A stretch of 64,000 bases of DNA from Eledone cirrhosa (Eukaryota): NCBI GenBank assembly GCA_964016885.1, contig OZ024749.1, positions 30,938,001-31,002,000 of the forward strand. The letters run 5' to 3'. Shown piece by piece: positions 16,479 through 31,178 of the stretch (its first letter is position 1; the number at the start of each line of letters is the position of its first letter). The notes below the pieces were generated by a model. It saw only the letters and a program-made list of their open reading frames with translations, had not been told where the DNA came from and made no database searches. The position numbers and the translations under genes were made by a program.

Positions 16479-17071
16479 TATATACAGAGAAAGAGAGAGA
16501 GAGTGAGAGAGAGAGATATCGAAATAGACACCCATGTAATGATAGATAAATATATAGATAGCATGTACATTTTCAGTAAATAAATTTTCGATATATACTA
16601 TAATATAAAAACATAAATTATAAGAAACAAAATTTGATGGAGAATAACATTTTTGTAGGGAGATATTTATTTGCCTACGTCGTTTCTTAGATTCCATTTA
16701 TCTGCAAACTAAACTAAAATAACAAACCGTTTTCATGAAAAAACCGGATGTGCGTTGACGTGGATATATTTGTGAATGTAGTCCTTAAAAACAAACACTG
16801 TCATCTTCCACTTTTACAATGGCGCCATCTTGGAACTTCATTACTAAAATTGCTAAAAGAAAAGTAGTAGTGACTTAAGAATGTAAGAAATGCCTGAATT
16901 ATAATAGGTATCTTCAACTTTAGTGAATATAATCTTTACAAGAATAGACTGTATCTATCTTCAAACTGATGTGGCATACTCTTGATAAATACTTACATAG
17001 CAATGAAAGACAATAGTTGGCATGTTTATACACACTTACACACACAAACACATACAAACATACTTATATAT

Positions 17072-17175
<104 letters not shown>

Positions 17176-17185
17176 CTATATATAT

Positions 17186-17258
<73 letters not shown>

Positions 17259-18209
17259 TATATGTATATATATATATATATATGTGTGTGTGTATGTGTG
17301 TGTGTGCGTGTGCGTGTGGTGTGTGTGTGTTTATAAGCACAGGCATAGATACATAAATATATACATATATACATATATACATATATACATGAAAGCATAG
17401 AAACACGAATGCAAGCACATATATATATCAAACATACACATACATACAGACACATATATGTACACACACGCAGATATTATATATATATACCCTACACTTT
17501 TTCTAAGCGTGAACCTAATAAGACTTTCTAGTTTTGCGCCCAGTGTTTGTTTTGTTTTATTCCTCAACTCTCTATCTCTCTCTATATATACATATATATA
17601 TACACAAATATATAAACGTATGCATATATACATGTGTTTGTACACACATACACACACACACATAGATACATACGTACATATATAATACATATATGCATAC
17701 ATACTTACATATATGACATACAAACATACTCACATACATATATGAGCGCATGCATATGCTGTCGAGTTTACGCCTGAATATAGGTTGGGAGTTAAATAAA
17801 GACGCAAGATTTCTCGGCTATAACGCCAAACTATACAATACTAAACGTGATTATATTTCAGCAGTGTGTAAGAACTATTGACGAAGTATATAATGTAAGC
17901 TGCTGTAATTATTTTTACTGTAATCAGTCAACTGAACGATATATTTTTTTCTCGAATAGATAAACGATAGTCCGATATAGAAATGTGTTCAGTGATTCAC
18001 AGTTCTTTACCATGAACATTTAAAATGCGTCTAACTTATCCTACTTGATGCACATACATGTAGGTGTGTATGCGTACACATGTATGTATATATATACATA
18101 TATATATATATTTATATATATTTATATATATACATATGTACATGTATGTGTGTGTACATGCGCTTGTGTATGTACATAATACATATCTGTCTGTCTGTAT
18201 GTATGTATA

Positions 18210-18247
<38 letters not shown>

Positions 18248-18254
18248 TATATAT

Positions 18255-18296
<42 letters not shown>

Positions 18297-18524
18297 TGCA
18301 TATATATGTACATCAGATTTAAAGATATTACATACGCACCACTAATGAGGGCACGAGAATATATAATCACCATCATCATCATTATCATTATCATCCGCAG
18401 CAATAGCAGCCGCAACAACAACAACAATAACAACAATGAAAGCACCTGCATCAACACGAATAGAAACATAGAAGAAAAAATAACGAAGTCACTAAATTAA
18501 AAGTAAAACACATAAATAAATAAA

Positions 18525-19129
<605 letters not shown>

Positions 19130-19473
19130 AATAAATAGATTGTTGACAATAGTTGTCAACAGGAATGGCTGCTTTACATTTTCCTTTTATTTGTAGAGAG
19201 GCCTTGTTATCACTTGATTGAACAATAACGAAACCAACAGCTTCACTACACAGAAATAGCTGCACCACCGATTATAAGCACATCACCGAAAACAAAAGTA
19301 CACACAATTATAACAACACTACAAGGATTAGTATTAGTAGCACCAACAAATGCAATAGTAACAGTAGCAACATGACTACCCTTATGAAACTATCAACAGA
19401 AATATATACAAACAATTACATCAAACCACAAACACAACAATGACACTAGTAACAACTGCAAGAGCATTTTAAC

Positions 19474-19566
<93 letters not shown>

Positions 19567-19710
19567 TCATGCACACAGACCCACAGACACATACAGACAC
19601 ACAAGAAATATATATATATATATATATACATATATTCTTATGTATGCATATGTATATATGTATGTATATATATATATATATATATTCTTATGTATGCATA
19701 TATATAAATG

Positions 19711-19786
<76 letters not shown>

Positions 19787-19828
19787 AGTGTGTGTGTGTG
19801 TGTGTATATATATGTGTTTATATATACG

Positions 19829-19933
<105 letters not shown>

Positions 19934-20750
19934 ATCCATATATATGCCACAACAATAACCAGACAAGCAAAACAAGAACAATAAAAGTAACAATAGCAAA
20001 AACAACAAAAATAACAACATCAATCCTCCAAACAGCCTTAACAATATCAACAAATATAGTAGCACAATGATCGAAACAAAAACAACAACAACATCAACAA
20101 CAACAACGACAACAAAGGAAATTTAGAAAGTTAGAGAAGTAACAACAACAACAATAACGACAACAGCAACAAGAGAAACAAGGCTATAACACTGACAATA
20201 GTAATGAGAATAATACCTGCAGCAGCAACAACATCAACAATAACTAGAATAACAATAACAATCATAAAGACAATAGCAACACATGGTTAGTAGTTTCAAA
20301 CCTGAGCAAGAATCTAGAGAGTGAAAGATAAGGTAACAAGAATATATGTTTAAACCATTTAAAAGTTACAAGAGGAAAAACTTCAACAATAATGTAAAGA
20401 TTACCAACTGTACTAATGTGTTAACAACGAGATAATATTTATTTATTTTATATGAAGTCTAGTTTCACTTTCACATTCGTAACATCTTATAATTTGTTTT
20501 TCTTCTTCTTCGTAGCCAAATTTGTGTGTAGACTAATGTTGTTACTGAGTATAGTCAAAAATTTGGTTTTGTAGGCATAGAGATATATTGATAGGAATGT
20601 AGATAAACGTACACTAACATATATGTGCCTATATACATGCACACACAAACACAGATATTTATAAAAGTTATGCACATGTTCATGAATATACATACATAAA
20701 TACATATACATACATAAATACATATATATATATATTATATATATATAAAA

Positions 20751-20942
20751 GGGCGGGGGATTGGCAGTATCGGTAGAGAGTCGGATGCCATGCTTTGCAG
20801 CATAGAGTTACCTCCCTTTATGATCTGAGTTCAAATCCCGCCGAGGTTAACTTTGCCTTTCATCCTTAGAGGGTCGATAAAATAAAGTACCAGTAATACA
20901 CTGGGATAATTACTGGCCTTGTGCCAAAAGTAGAAACAATTA
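20751..20942 (+). mobile_element. tRNA-derived SINE with Meta-like central domain (full copy)
   Basis: A-box-like TGGCAGTATCGGTAG, B-box GAGTTCAAATCC, central GCCTTTCATCC...GGGGTCGATAAAATAAAGTACC and 3' GTAGAAACAATTAT. Confidence 0.8.
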
Positions 20943-21019
20943 TATATATATATATATATATATATAGTGCAAATTTATACGGGAACAAAAGAGAGGGGAA
21001 AACAAATATATATATATAT

Positions 21020-21095
21020 AACGAAGGAAGTCTGGTAAGGAACCAGATGGACCTTAAGGCACCAGACTACTCAATACTTAGGGTAGTAGAGTGGG

Positions 21096-21100
<5 letters not shown>
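21020..21100 (-). mobile_element. Family A tail-only fragment
   Basis: aacgaaggaagtctggtaaggaaccagatggacc...gtgggtaata between (TA)n tracts. Confidence 0.8.
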
Positions 21101-21756
<656 letters not shown>

Positions 21757-22507
21757 AATATATATGGTAAAAAGGCGGGAGGTTATATATGAAGATAGTA
21801 GAGCTCTCGGTCTAATACAGTCTGTGTTAATCCTTCTTTCTCTGTTAGCAACTAATAGAGAAAGTGGAATAAACACGACAGAGATATGAACTCTCCTCTC
21901 AAAATATGTATGTAAAAATTAATAATGTTTCTTCCCCTTTTTATTTGTATTATTTGTATAAATATGGAACTTAACCATATTATGCATATCCGCAGTTGAC
22001 AATACATATAATGCTGAAACCGGTACCATTATTAAATGCGGAAATATCCTCTTTATAAATAAATAAATGTTTTGATATTACACTGAAAGAATCTCTTCAT
22101 TTTACATATTCTACTGTTTGTTTATATATATATATATATTTATTTATATATATTTGTTTATATATATGAAATATATAGTTTTGGAATATTCACACACATA
22201 CACATATATACATACATGTTCGATTATAAGTTTTTGTTTCAGTGAGCGTTTGTATCGATTGGTTTATGCTTTCAACAAAAGGTGATGGGTAATCAAGGAA
22301 AGAGACATGAACAAAAATATACTAGTATCAACACGACTGTTTGAATTAAAGGTGTGCTCTAACAAAGAAACTTCTCGGATTGAAACCAATAACATTATAA
22401 TAGAATGAAAGACGCTAAACACACACACATATATATATATATATATACATACACATACATATGTGTATTTATATATGTATATACACACACACACACATGT
22501 ATATATA

Positions 22508-22572
<65 letters not shown>

Positions 22573-22574
<2 letters not shown>

Positions 22575-22761
22575 CGAGGGAAAAGTGGTAAGGAACCAGG
22601 TGGACCATAACGCACCAAAGTACTCAATACTTAGGGTAGTAGAGTGGGTAATAGGAGTAAGTAAGACCCCGACGGCTGAGCTCAAGCCGTTTCGACGGCT
22701 AATTCAGTACAGAATTAGCCGTCGAAACGGCTTGAGCTCAGCCGTCGGGGTCTTACTTACT

Positions 22762-22765
<4 letters not shown>
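22573..22765 (-). mobile_element. Family A fold-back copy
   Basis: Tail arm on the left and an inverted arm ending ...TCCTA-(TA)n. Confidence 0.85.
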
Positions 22766-22802
<37 letters not shown>

Positions 22803-22804
<2 letters not shown>

Positions 22805-25289
22805 TGAAAAAGAACAAAGGAACTATTATGACATTATAACAAGTTTATTGCCGACAGCCGTTTCGTCCGACCACATGGTGGGACTTTTCAAGGCATATAA
22901 CATGTGATTGTAAGATCATTATTTACATCAACGTATCACTCAAGGCTAGCAGTTTGAAATTGTGGTATACATCAGCAACTCCGCTTGTATAGTTGGGGTC
23001 TATATTCTAAGGGGGCTCTTTTATGTTAGTTGTTGGGGTCAGGGATTGAAGTTTAAAAATTAGATAATATATAATTTACGCATTAACAGTAAACTAAAAG
23101 ACTTGGGGTCCCGTAGAAGCACCTTAGGAAATCCCTCAATAAGTGCATAAAGCTTACAGGCTCCAATAAACCTACTAGACTGGAAGAAATTAAGAGGCTA
23201 ATAAAATAAAAAAATAAAAATATAAAGTTTCCCTAAAAAATATATAAAGTTTCCTATGAAATTCCTTCTAGAGAAAAAAAAAATGTTTCCGAAAGAAAAA
23301 AACCTTCTTCCCCCGAGATCACGTTTACAAATTTCAGAAAACTTACGAAGTTTTGATATTCCCTACTAAGTTGAAAGAAACTAATCAATTAAAGGTTAAT
23401 TCAAAGAGCCTTCTATAATTCTCGCAGAAAAGGCCCCGTTAATATTTTTAATAGGAACTTCTTCCGAGAGACCCTTCGAAGAATTAAAATTTTAGAGAGC
23501 CTTTAAGGATATATATATAAAAACGAATTGAGGAAAAGCGAAAGCGTACAACCCCTGAAACTAAAAGATCGAACGGACCACATCCAGCAACCACTAGCTA
23601 TTAGATCCACAGGTACATCTCCCAGAGAGTCCAAGCAGCTGATAGTGAATCCCAGTTGATCCATGAACTTTTAAACAAGACCAGCTGTGCCTGGAGCTAT
23701 ACAGATGACTACATACGCATAATGGATATCGTGCCTGGAGCTATGCAGATGACTACATACGCATAATGGATATCGCGCCCACACGGTCACCAGTACTGTT
23801 CATCCTGTTGTATGTATGTAAATATCCGTGCGCGGGATATCCTTGAGTACATTTTCTTGACCATCAATTGTTAATCGATTGTTTGTTAATTAGGTAGGAA
23901 TATACCATTGTGTCTGTGCTACTCCTATGTGTTGCTGTGTGTGTGTAAAGTATCCGAGCGCGGGATATCCCTGAGATAATTTTGCCTGACTGTTAATAGT
24001 GTTTTGATTACTTGTTAATTAGGCAGGAATATATATTATTATGTCTTTGTTAATCCTGTATCAATAATTTTATAATAATTTTTTGTGATAATACATTGTT
24101 AGATTACTGAAGCTACTTTATACCTTAATTAGGCAGGAATATATATTATTATGTCTTTGTTAATCCTGTATCAATAATTTTATAATAATTTTTTGTGATA
24201 ATACATTGTTAGATTACTGAAGCTACCTTATACCTTCTTAAAAATACATTTTATAATTATTGTCTTTTTGCATATGTATTTTCTTATTTACCACTTTCTT
24301 TAATCTTGCCCAACTTGATAAACTCCTTAAATTGCTCCCTAATTAAATTACTTAAATTACTTAAATTATTGTATCTATTATGCCTAAATTATATCTGTTG
24401 AAGCAGCCCTTTGAAAATTCCTCGGATATCCCAAATACCGTAATTTTTAACTTTTAATGTATAATTTTCCTCAATTCGTTTTATATATATCCTTAAAGGC
24501 TCTCTAAAATTTTAATTCTTCGAAGGGTCTCTCGGAAGAAGTTCCTATTAAAAATATTAAAGGGGCCTTTTCTGCGAGAATTATAGAAGGCTCTTTGAAT
24601 TAACCTTTAATTGATTAGTTTCTTTCAACTTAGTAGGGAATATCAAAACTTCGTAAGTTTTCTGAAATTTGTAAACGTGATCTCGGGGGAAGAAGGTTTT
24701 TTTCTTTCGGAAAACATTTTTTTTCTCTAGAAGGAATTTCATAGGAAACTTTATATATTTTTTAGGGAAACTTTATATTTTTATTTTTTATTTTATTAGC
24801 CTCTTAATTTCTTCCAGTCTATTAGGTTTATTGGAGCCTGTAAGCTTTATGCACTTATTGAGGGATTTTCTAAGGTGCTTCTACGGGACCCCAAGTACTG
24901 TTAATGCGTAAATTATATATTATCTAATTTTTAAACTTCAATCCCTGACCCCGACAACTAACATAAAAGATCCCCCTTAGAATATAGACCCCAACTATAC
25001 AAACGGAGTTGCTGATGTATACCACAATTTCAAACTGCTAGCCTTGAGTGATACGTTGATGTAAATAATGATCTTACAATGACATGTTATATGCCTTGAA
25101 AAGTCCCACCATGTGGTCGGACGAAACGGCTGTCGGCAATAGACTTGTTATAATGTCATAATAGTTCCTTTGTTCTTTTTCACTAATATTTCTGCTCTGC
25201 GTATACACATAGAGCTTAACTAGCTACCGTCACATATTTGGTAGGTCAGGCGTGATCATCGCGATTCACATACGACCTACCATACATCT

Positions 25290-25292
<3 letters not shown>
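22803..25292. mobile_element. 2.5-kb fold-back HHR element
   Basis: Arms at 22803-23537 and 24465-25184 and a tail at 25185-25292. The spacer holds tandem duplications of ~44 bp (23688-23776) and ~110 bp (24015-24237). Confidence 0.88.
25092..25138 (+). ncRNA. Minimal hammerhead, U3-A8 core variant; inverted copy at 22849-22895
   Basis: tgcc TTGAAAA gtcc cacc atgt ggt c ggac GAAA cggctg TC ggca. Confidence 0.75.
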
Positions 25293-25356
<64 letters not shown>

Positions 25357-25413
25357 ATACATATTTATGTATATATATATAGAATGAAACAGTTCTAGTC
25401 CTGTAGAATCTCA

Positions 25414-25472
<59 letters not shown>

Positions 25473-25655
25473 ATTTATATATATATGTATATATATATGT
25501 ATATATATATATATACACATATATATATACATATATATACATATATATATAAATATATATATATAAAGTGCCGTACTAAGAGTGAGAAATGAAATTTCGT
25601 TTTCATTTTATTACAACATATATATATATATATATTTATATATATATTTTGATAT

Positions 25656-25689
<34 letters not shown>

Positions 25690-25847
25690 GTATTTACGCA
25701 TCGAGAAAGAGAGAAAAAAAGGAGGGATAGGTGATACATATAGTTATTTGCCAAGTAGCGTATGCCAAAGGTGCTCGATACTAGTGCCGGCAGTATTAAA
25801 TATTCGAAGTGTTAATATTTAGTGGGCTAGAGAGTTAGCAGAGCGTA

Positions 25848-26645
25848 AGCAATATAAACATATCCTTTTCTACTACTCCTAACCTAGCAGACATCATAGG
25901 AACAACGAACCACAGTAAGATCACCAAGACACAGCACCTCGACGCAGACGCACCTACACCTGACAATAACTGTATCGGCCTTAACAACTCCCTGACAGCA
26001 TCCAATAGTTTTGGCAACGGCATCCGCAGACGCAACCAGAATGACCGCGAAGTGACTGGGGAGCATGCAAAACATTGCGTGCGGAATAACAATCGCACCA
26101 TCCCGCGTGCTGTGGGTTGTAATTGTGCTAACGACAGCAGCGGTAGCGCAGCTAGCAACGTAGGCAGCAACAATGATAGCCTTATCGTGGGAAATAGACG
26201 GAACAGCGACAGAAATTGCAGCTGCCGCGACAGAGGACGGTGCCCCCTTAGAGGATACTGCTTGACCGATAGGGTTATATATAGATGCAATATTACTAGC
26301 CACAATAGCGTTAAACATTATATAGGGGCCACCTCCGGCCCGTTCAAAATTAGGTTTCGAAGACATCTCCACTCTTTCACAAATAGAAAACTAAGGCACT
26401 CCACCTCGCTCGCGGACTATATCACATCACTAAAGGACTTAAACATTAGCTTCTCCACGCACTGGGAGATTGTCGACAGGGCTGCACCGTACAACTTCAA
26501 GGGGAAATGCGATCTTTGCCTCATGGAGCTCTACCACATCATAACTGCACCCCACGAGATCATCAACAGCAGAGCTGAAACAGCGATAAGTTGTGCACAT
26601 CGCTTAAAAATATCCTTCTTTAGATGGGTTAAGAATGAAGAGTGA
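25848..26645 (+). CDS. 3' fragment of a Penelope-like ORF: thumb end, linker and GIY-YIG endonuclease
   Basis: The frame is open from 25839. NINISFSTTPNLADII matches NTIKLSYSTTPNFAQNI of the other PLE. It continues CSCRDRGRCPLRGYCL, VIYRC...HYIGATSGPFKIRFRRHLHSF, CDLCLME and NSRAE...CAH, with a stop at 26645. Confidence 0.88.
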   Translation, partial: SNINISFSTTPNLADIIGTTNHSKITKTQHLDADAPTPDNNCIGLNNSLTASNSFGNGIRRRNQNDREVTGEHAKHCVRNNNRTIPRAVGCNCANDSSGSAASNVGSNNDSLIVGNRRNSDRNCSCRDRGRCPLRGYCLTDRVIYRCNITSHNSVKHYIGATSGPFKIRFRRHLHSFTNRKLRHSTSLADYITSLKDLNISFSTHWEIVDRAAPYNFKGKCDLCLMELYHIITAPHEIINSRAETAISCAHRLKISFFRWVKNEE

Positions 26646-26896
26646 AATAGCACACTGGATCTCCCTGCAACAAGTCTTAACACCCCGGCGGGCAGGCGCA
26701 GCAAAATAACACCCAGAAAACAATCCTTGCATACCAAAAATTATCCGGGAAAGACTGCCCTAACACCGGCCAAAGTTACCTCCCTTGACCTGCTGCAAAA
26801 TCAAAACAAGATATTTTTGCGAGCAATGAATCTTGATGTGGATTTAACCCCCAAAACTCTTTCCGAACTATATAAGGAACACTTGTGATTGTTTAT

Positions 26897-26935
26897 GCCC
26901 TTGAGAAGCCCAACTGGGCGAAACGTACGTAGGTG
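26897..26935 (+). ncRNA. Minimal hammerhead, U3-A8 core variant, in the PLE 3' end
   Basis: gccc TTGAGAA gccc aact gggc GAAA cgtacg TA ggtg. Helix III is palindromic (CGTACG) and helix I is short. Confidence 0.7.
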
Positions 26936-26991
26936 ATATTTTAAATAAACATGTTTTAACGGTCTATTCTCCGATTTTTCACTTTCCCACG

Positions 26992-27047
<56 letters not shown>

Positions 27048-27129
27048 CAAAATATATATATAAATATACTGCCAATACTTGAATTGTATAATCGAGACCG
27101 TACCGGTATGTCATATATCAAATCATATA

Positions 27130-27188
27130 TTATCTGATGAAGATGTACTGAAAAAAAAAACACAGTACCTTTGAAACATATATAATAA
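27130..27188 (+). ncRNA. Hammerhead-like fold
   Basis: ttat CTGATGA agat gtactg...cagtac cttt GAAA catata TA ataa. Confidence 0.55.
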
Positions 27189-27370
27189 AGCATATTTGTT
27201 AATATTTTAAATAATATATATATATATAAACGCAAAAAATGAAACGAAATTTCATTTCCCACTTTTAGTACGGCTGTTACTTAAATATAAGTATGTATAC
27301 GTACATACATATATGTATACAGACGTACAGTAGCATGTATATATATATACATACATGCACACATATATAT

Positions 27371-27586
27371 ATGTACGTATGGATTCACCTAACATTTATT
27401 ATAATGCTCGGTGTGTTTGTAAACAAACATCCCGCATTAAGCCGCAGTGTCTAGCAACCACCGTTGCTCGTTTGTTCAACACTGACAAAGTAACGGTGGT
27501 TACTAGACACTGCGGCTTAATGCGGGATGTTTCTTTACAAACACACCGAGCATTATAATAAATGTTTGGTGAATCCATACGTACAT
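27371..27586. repeat. Near-perfect ~95-bp-arm hairpin (MITE-like) in (TA)n
   Basis: tgtacgtatggattcacc...accaccgttgct and its reverse complement ...ggtgaatccatacgtaca. Confidence 0.75.
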
Positions 27587-27611
27587 ATATATATATATGT
27601 GTGCATTTATA

Positions 27612-27702
<91 letters not shown>

Positions 27703-27704
<2 letters not shown>

Positions 27705-29168
27705 TATATATATAGAGTTATAAACTCAAACGGTCTTTTACAATTAATTAGCTCAAAGAAAGAAGTATTTCTGAGCCGTGAAATACAAGTTAATATAAAT
27801 TAATATATATGATAAACACTAATACAATCATACCGGTATTTGCATTGTAAATGACCAAGTTAGCTAGATTTGAAAAATACTAATTAGATTAATACAGTTT
27901 GCCTGTCTCGATTTAAAATAATAAATCAATAAAAACAAAACCATATTGGCCATGGCCGTGGTACTTGGACAAATTTAAATTTCAAAATCCAAACCTGTTC
28001 CGTAGATAAGTTTAAACTTCAAAACCCAAATAAGTTTCGATAATTGAAAAAGTGAAAAATTCCATCTACTGCTCTCATCAGCAAGTACCCAGAAAATTGA
28101 TATGTTTCACCTCAAAATATTTAGGAAAACTGATTGACGCACATGGTTTTTCAGCGTCTAGCTATCTCATACTCGTGCTGCTAGAAATAAGAGCCGTTTT
28201 TATGGGATTAAAATTAGCTCAACAAAAGGAGCCGTTATACTATATATATATAGAGTTATAAACTCAAACAGTCTTTTACAATTAATTAGCTCAAAGAAAG
28301 AAGTATTTCTGAGCCGTGAAATACAATTTAATATAAATTAATATATATGATAAACACTAATACAATCATACCAGTGTTTGCATTGTAAATGACCAAGTTA
28401 GCTAGATTGAAAAATACTAATTAGATTAATACAGTTTGCCTGTCTCGATTTAAAATAATAAATCAATAAAAACAAACCCATGTTGGCAATGGCCGTGGTA
28501 CTTGGACAAATTTAAATTTCAAAATCCAAACCTGTTCCGTAGATAAGTTTAAATTTCAAAACCCAAATAAGTTTCGATAATTGAAAAAGTGAAAAATTCC
28601 ATCTTCTGCTCTCATCAGCAAGTACCATTTCACGGTATTTCACGGCTCAGAAATACTTCTTTCTTTGAGCTAATTAATTGTAAAAGACTGTTTGAGTTTA
28701 TAACTCTATATATATAGTATAACGGCTCCTTTTGTTGAGCTAATTTTAATCCCATAAAAACGGCTCTTATTTCTAGCAGCACGAGTATGAGATAGCTAGA
28801 CGCTGAAAAACCATGTGCGTCAATCAGTTCTCCTAAATATCTTGAGGTGAAACATACCAATTTTCTGGGTACTTGCTGATGAGAGCAGAAGATAGAATTT
28901 TTCACTTTTTCAATTATCGAAACTTATTTGGGTTTTGAAGTTTAAACTTACCTACGGAACAGGTTTGGATTTTTAAATTTAAATTTGTCCAAGTACCACG
29001 GTCATTGCCAATATGGGTTTGTTTTTATTGATTTATTATTTTAAATCGAGACAGGCAAACTGTATTAATCTAATTAGTATTTTTCAATCTAGCTAACTTG
29101 GTCATTTACAATGCAAACACTGGTATGATCGTATTAATGTTTATCATATATATTAATTTATATTAACT

Positions 29169-29172
<4 letters not shown>
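27703..29172. mobile_element. Retrozyme-like element: ~1.7 tandem 537-bp HHR units plus one inverted unit
   Basis: The direct repeat period is 537 bp (27960 vs 28497). The inverted unit spans 28637-29172. Confidence 0.85.
28868..28997 (+). ncRNA. Type I hammerhead with long helix III; minus-strand copies at 27960-28089 and 28497-28626
   Basis: GGTACTTG CTGATGA (28876) ...tc GAAA (28919), then a ~65-nt hairpin (gaagtttaaactt/aggtttggatttt), GTC (28987) and CAAGTACC. Helix I is a perfect 8 bp. Confidence 0.75.
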
Positions 29173-29247
<75 letters not shown>

Positions 29248-29249
<2 letters not shown>

Positions 29250-30449
29250 AAAGTTATATTTAAATTGTTGGGTTACAACGAGTAAATATTTATAACTGAT
29301 ATAAAAGCACTCAACAAGTATTTGGAGTATATTTACGCTATTAAATAAATGGAAACTATATTTATAAAACCATATTTATTTCACTATATATATTTCAGGG
29401 ATATCATATTAACAAAATGTTATGCCTTCTTCAGACAAAATACAATATAGACAGTTTTATAAATAAATAGATTTGACATACCTTTCAACATCGACTTGCA
29501 TTTGAAAAGTTGATTTGGCAGTGAAAATTGTAAACAGAAAGAAAGAAAGAAAGAAGGAAAGAAAGAAAGAAAACGAAGAAAAAGAAGAAATGCATGCAAC
29601 TAAATAGAGAGATGGAAAGATAGATAAAGAGAAGAACTTCATGTAAAGAAACAGAGAGAGATATATATAGAGAGGAAATAGATAGAGATAGATATATATA
29701 GAGAAAAGTAGGTAGTTGAACATCCGTTGAATGACGTATCAATGATACATTTATTTATTTATTTATTTATTTAGCTCTAGTATTAATGTAAGGGAGATAT
29801 ATGTGGTTAGGAGAGAAACCAGCCGTTATATAGATATATTTACATTATAGTGCCTGTTTTTATACGAACTAATATTTCTACATTGAAACATAGGGTTTTA
29901 AATTCTGCCTCGCCTATGTCTGGTTATTTTTCATTTTTTTCTCTATATATAACGGCTGGTTTCTCTCCTAACCACATATATCTCCCTTACATTAATACTA
30001 GAGCTAAATAAATAAATAAATAAATAAATGTATCATTGATACGTCATTCAACGGATGTTCAACTACCTACTTTTCTCTATATATATCTATCTCTATCTAT
30101 TTCCTCTCTCTATATATCTCTCTCTGTTTCTTTACATGAAGTTCTTCTCTTTATCTATCTTTCCATCTCTCTATTTAGTTGCATGCATTTCTTCTTTTTC
30201 TTTGTTTTCTTTCTTTCTCTCCTTCTTTCTTTCTTTCTTTCTTTCTTTCTGTTTACAATTTTCACTGCCAAATCAACTTTTCAAATGCAAGTCGATGTTG
30301 AAAGGTATGTCAAATCTATTTATTTATAAAACTGTCTATATTGTATTTTGTCTGAAGAAGGCATAACATATTGTTAATATGATATCCCTGAAATATATAT
30401 AGTGAAATAAATATGGTTTTATAAATATAGTTTCCATTTATTTAATATC

Positions 30450-30451
<2 letters not shown>
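29248..30451. mobile_element. Family D1 palindromic HHR element (~500-bp arms)
   Basis: Arms at ~29336-29832 and ~29945-30451. The tail at 29248-29335 is identical in type to 13608-13695. Confidence 0.88.
30344..30409 (+). ncRNA. Hammerhead-like fold (family D1); inverted copy at ~29377-29442
   Basis: tattttgt CTGAAGA agg...cct GAAA tatata TA gtgaaata. Confidence 0.6.
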
Positions 30452-30491
<40 letters not shown>

Positions 30492-30523
30492 AGATCAAAA
30501 CATGGTTAAAAGAGTTCCAAGTA

Positions 30524-30590
30524 TTTTATTATGCGCATTTCAAAAACAAATATCATCATGGGATGATATCTGCGTTCTCATCAGATAAAA
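30524..30590 (-). ncRNA. Minimal type I hammerhead ribozyme (family E)
   Basis: Minus strand: ttttat CTGATGA gaac gcagatatcatc ccat gatgatatttgt tttt GAAA tgcgca TA ataaaa. Confidence 0.8.
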
Positions 30591-30750
30591 TAGGGAGACA
30601 TGATATGAAGCTTCAAAAACACTTGTGAATAGTGAAGTTTGAAATTAACATATCGAAATGACAGATTAATAAATATTTGCTCTACGGTTCTTATATATAT
30701 TTATCCTTACCGAGCACTCTTTGGATTTTAGTCTTCAAATTTATTAGTAT

Positions 30751-30794
<44 letters not shown>

Positions 30795-30796
<2 letters not shown>

Positions 30797-30986
30797 ATTG
30801 TTTCTACTTTTGGCACAAGGCCAGCAATTACCCAGTGTATTACTGGTACTTTATTTTATCGACCCCGTAAGGATGAAAGGCAAAGTTAACCTCGGCGGGA
30901 TTTGAACTCAGAATGGCAAGGGCCGTAACTCTATGCGTCAAAGCATGTCGTCCGACCCTCTACCGATACTGCCAATCCACCGCCCT
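30795..30986 (-). mobile_element. Same SINE family, full copy inserted in (TA)n
   Basis: It is the reverse complement of the 20751-20942 consensus. Confidence 0.8.
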
Positions 30987-31098
30987 ATATATATATATAT
31001 ATAGTAATAATAATAAATTTGAAGACTAAAATCCAAAGAGGGCTCCATAAGGATAAATATATATAAGAACGGTAGAGCAAATATTTATTAATCTGTTA

Positions 31099-31178
<80 letters not shown>

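Larger units (their letters stand above)
25690..26995 (+). mobile_element. 5'-truncated Penelope-like element inserted in (TA)n
   Basis: It contains the GIY-YIG ORF, a 3' UTR and an HHR at 26897-26935, and is flanked on both sides by (TA)n. Confidence 0.8.

Noticed and set aside
23688-24237. Short direct repeats as a possible CRISPR-like array
   Set aside because: These are adjacent tandem duplications without unique spacers, in a eukaryotic context with no cas genes.
25835-26372. Minus-strand ORFs of 156 and 162 aa
   Set aside because: They are antisense shadows of the GIY-YIG ORF. The same applies to 52320-53348(-) over the RT.
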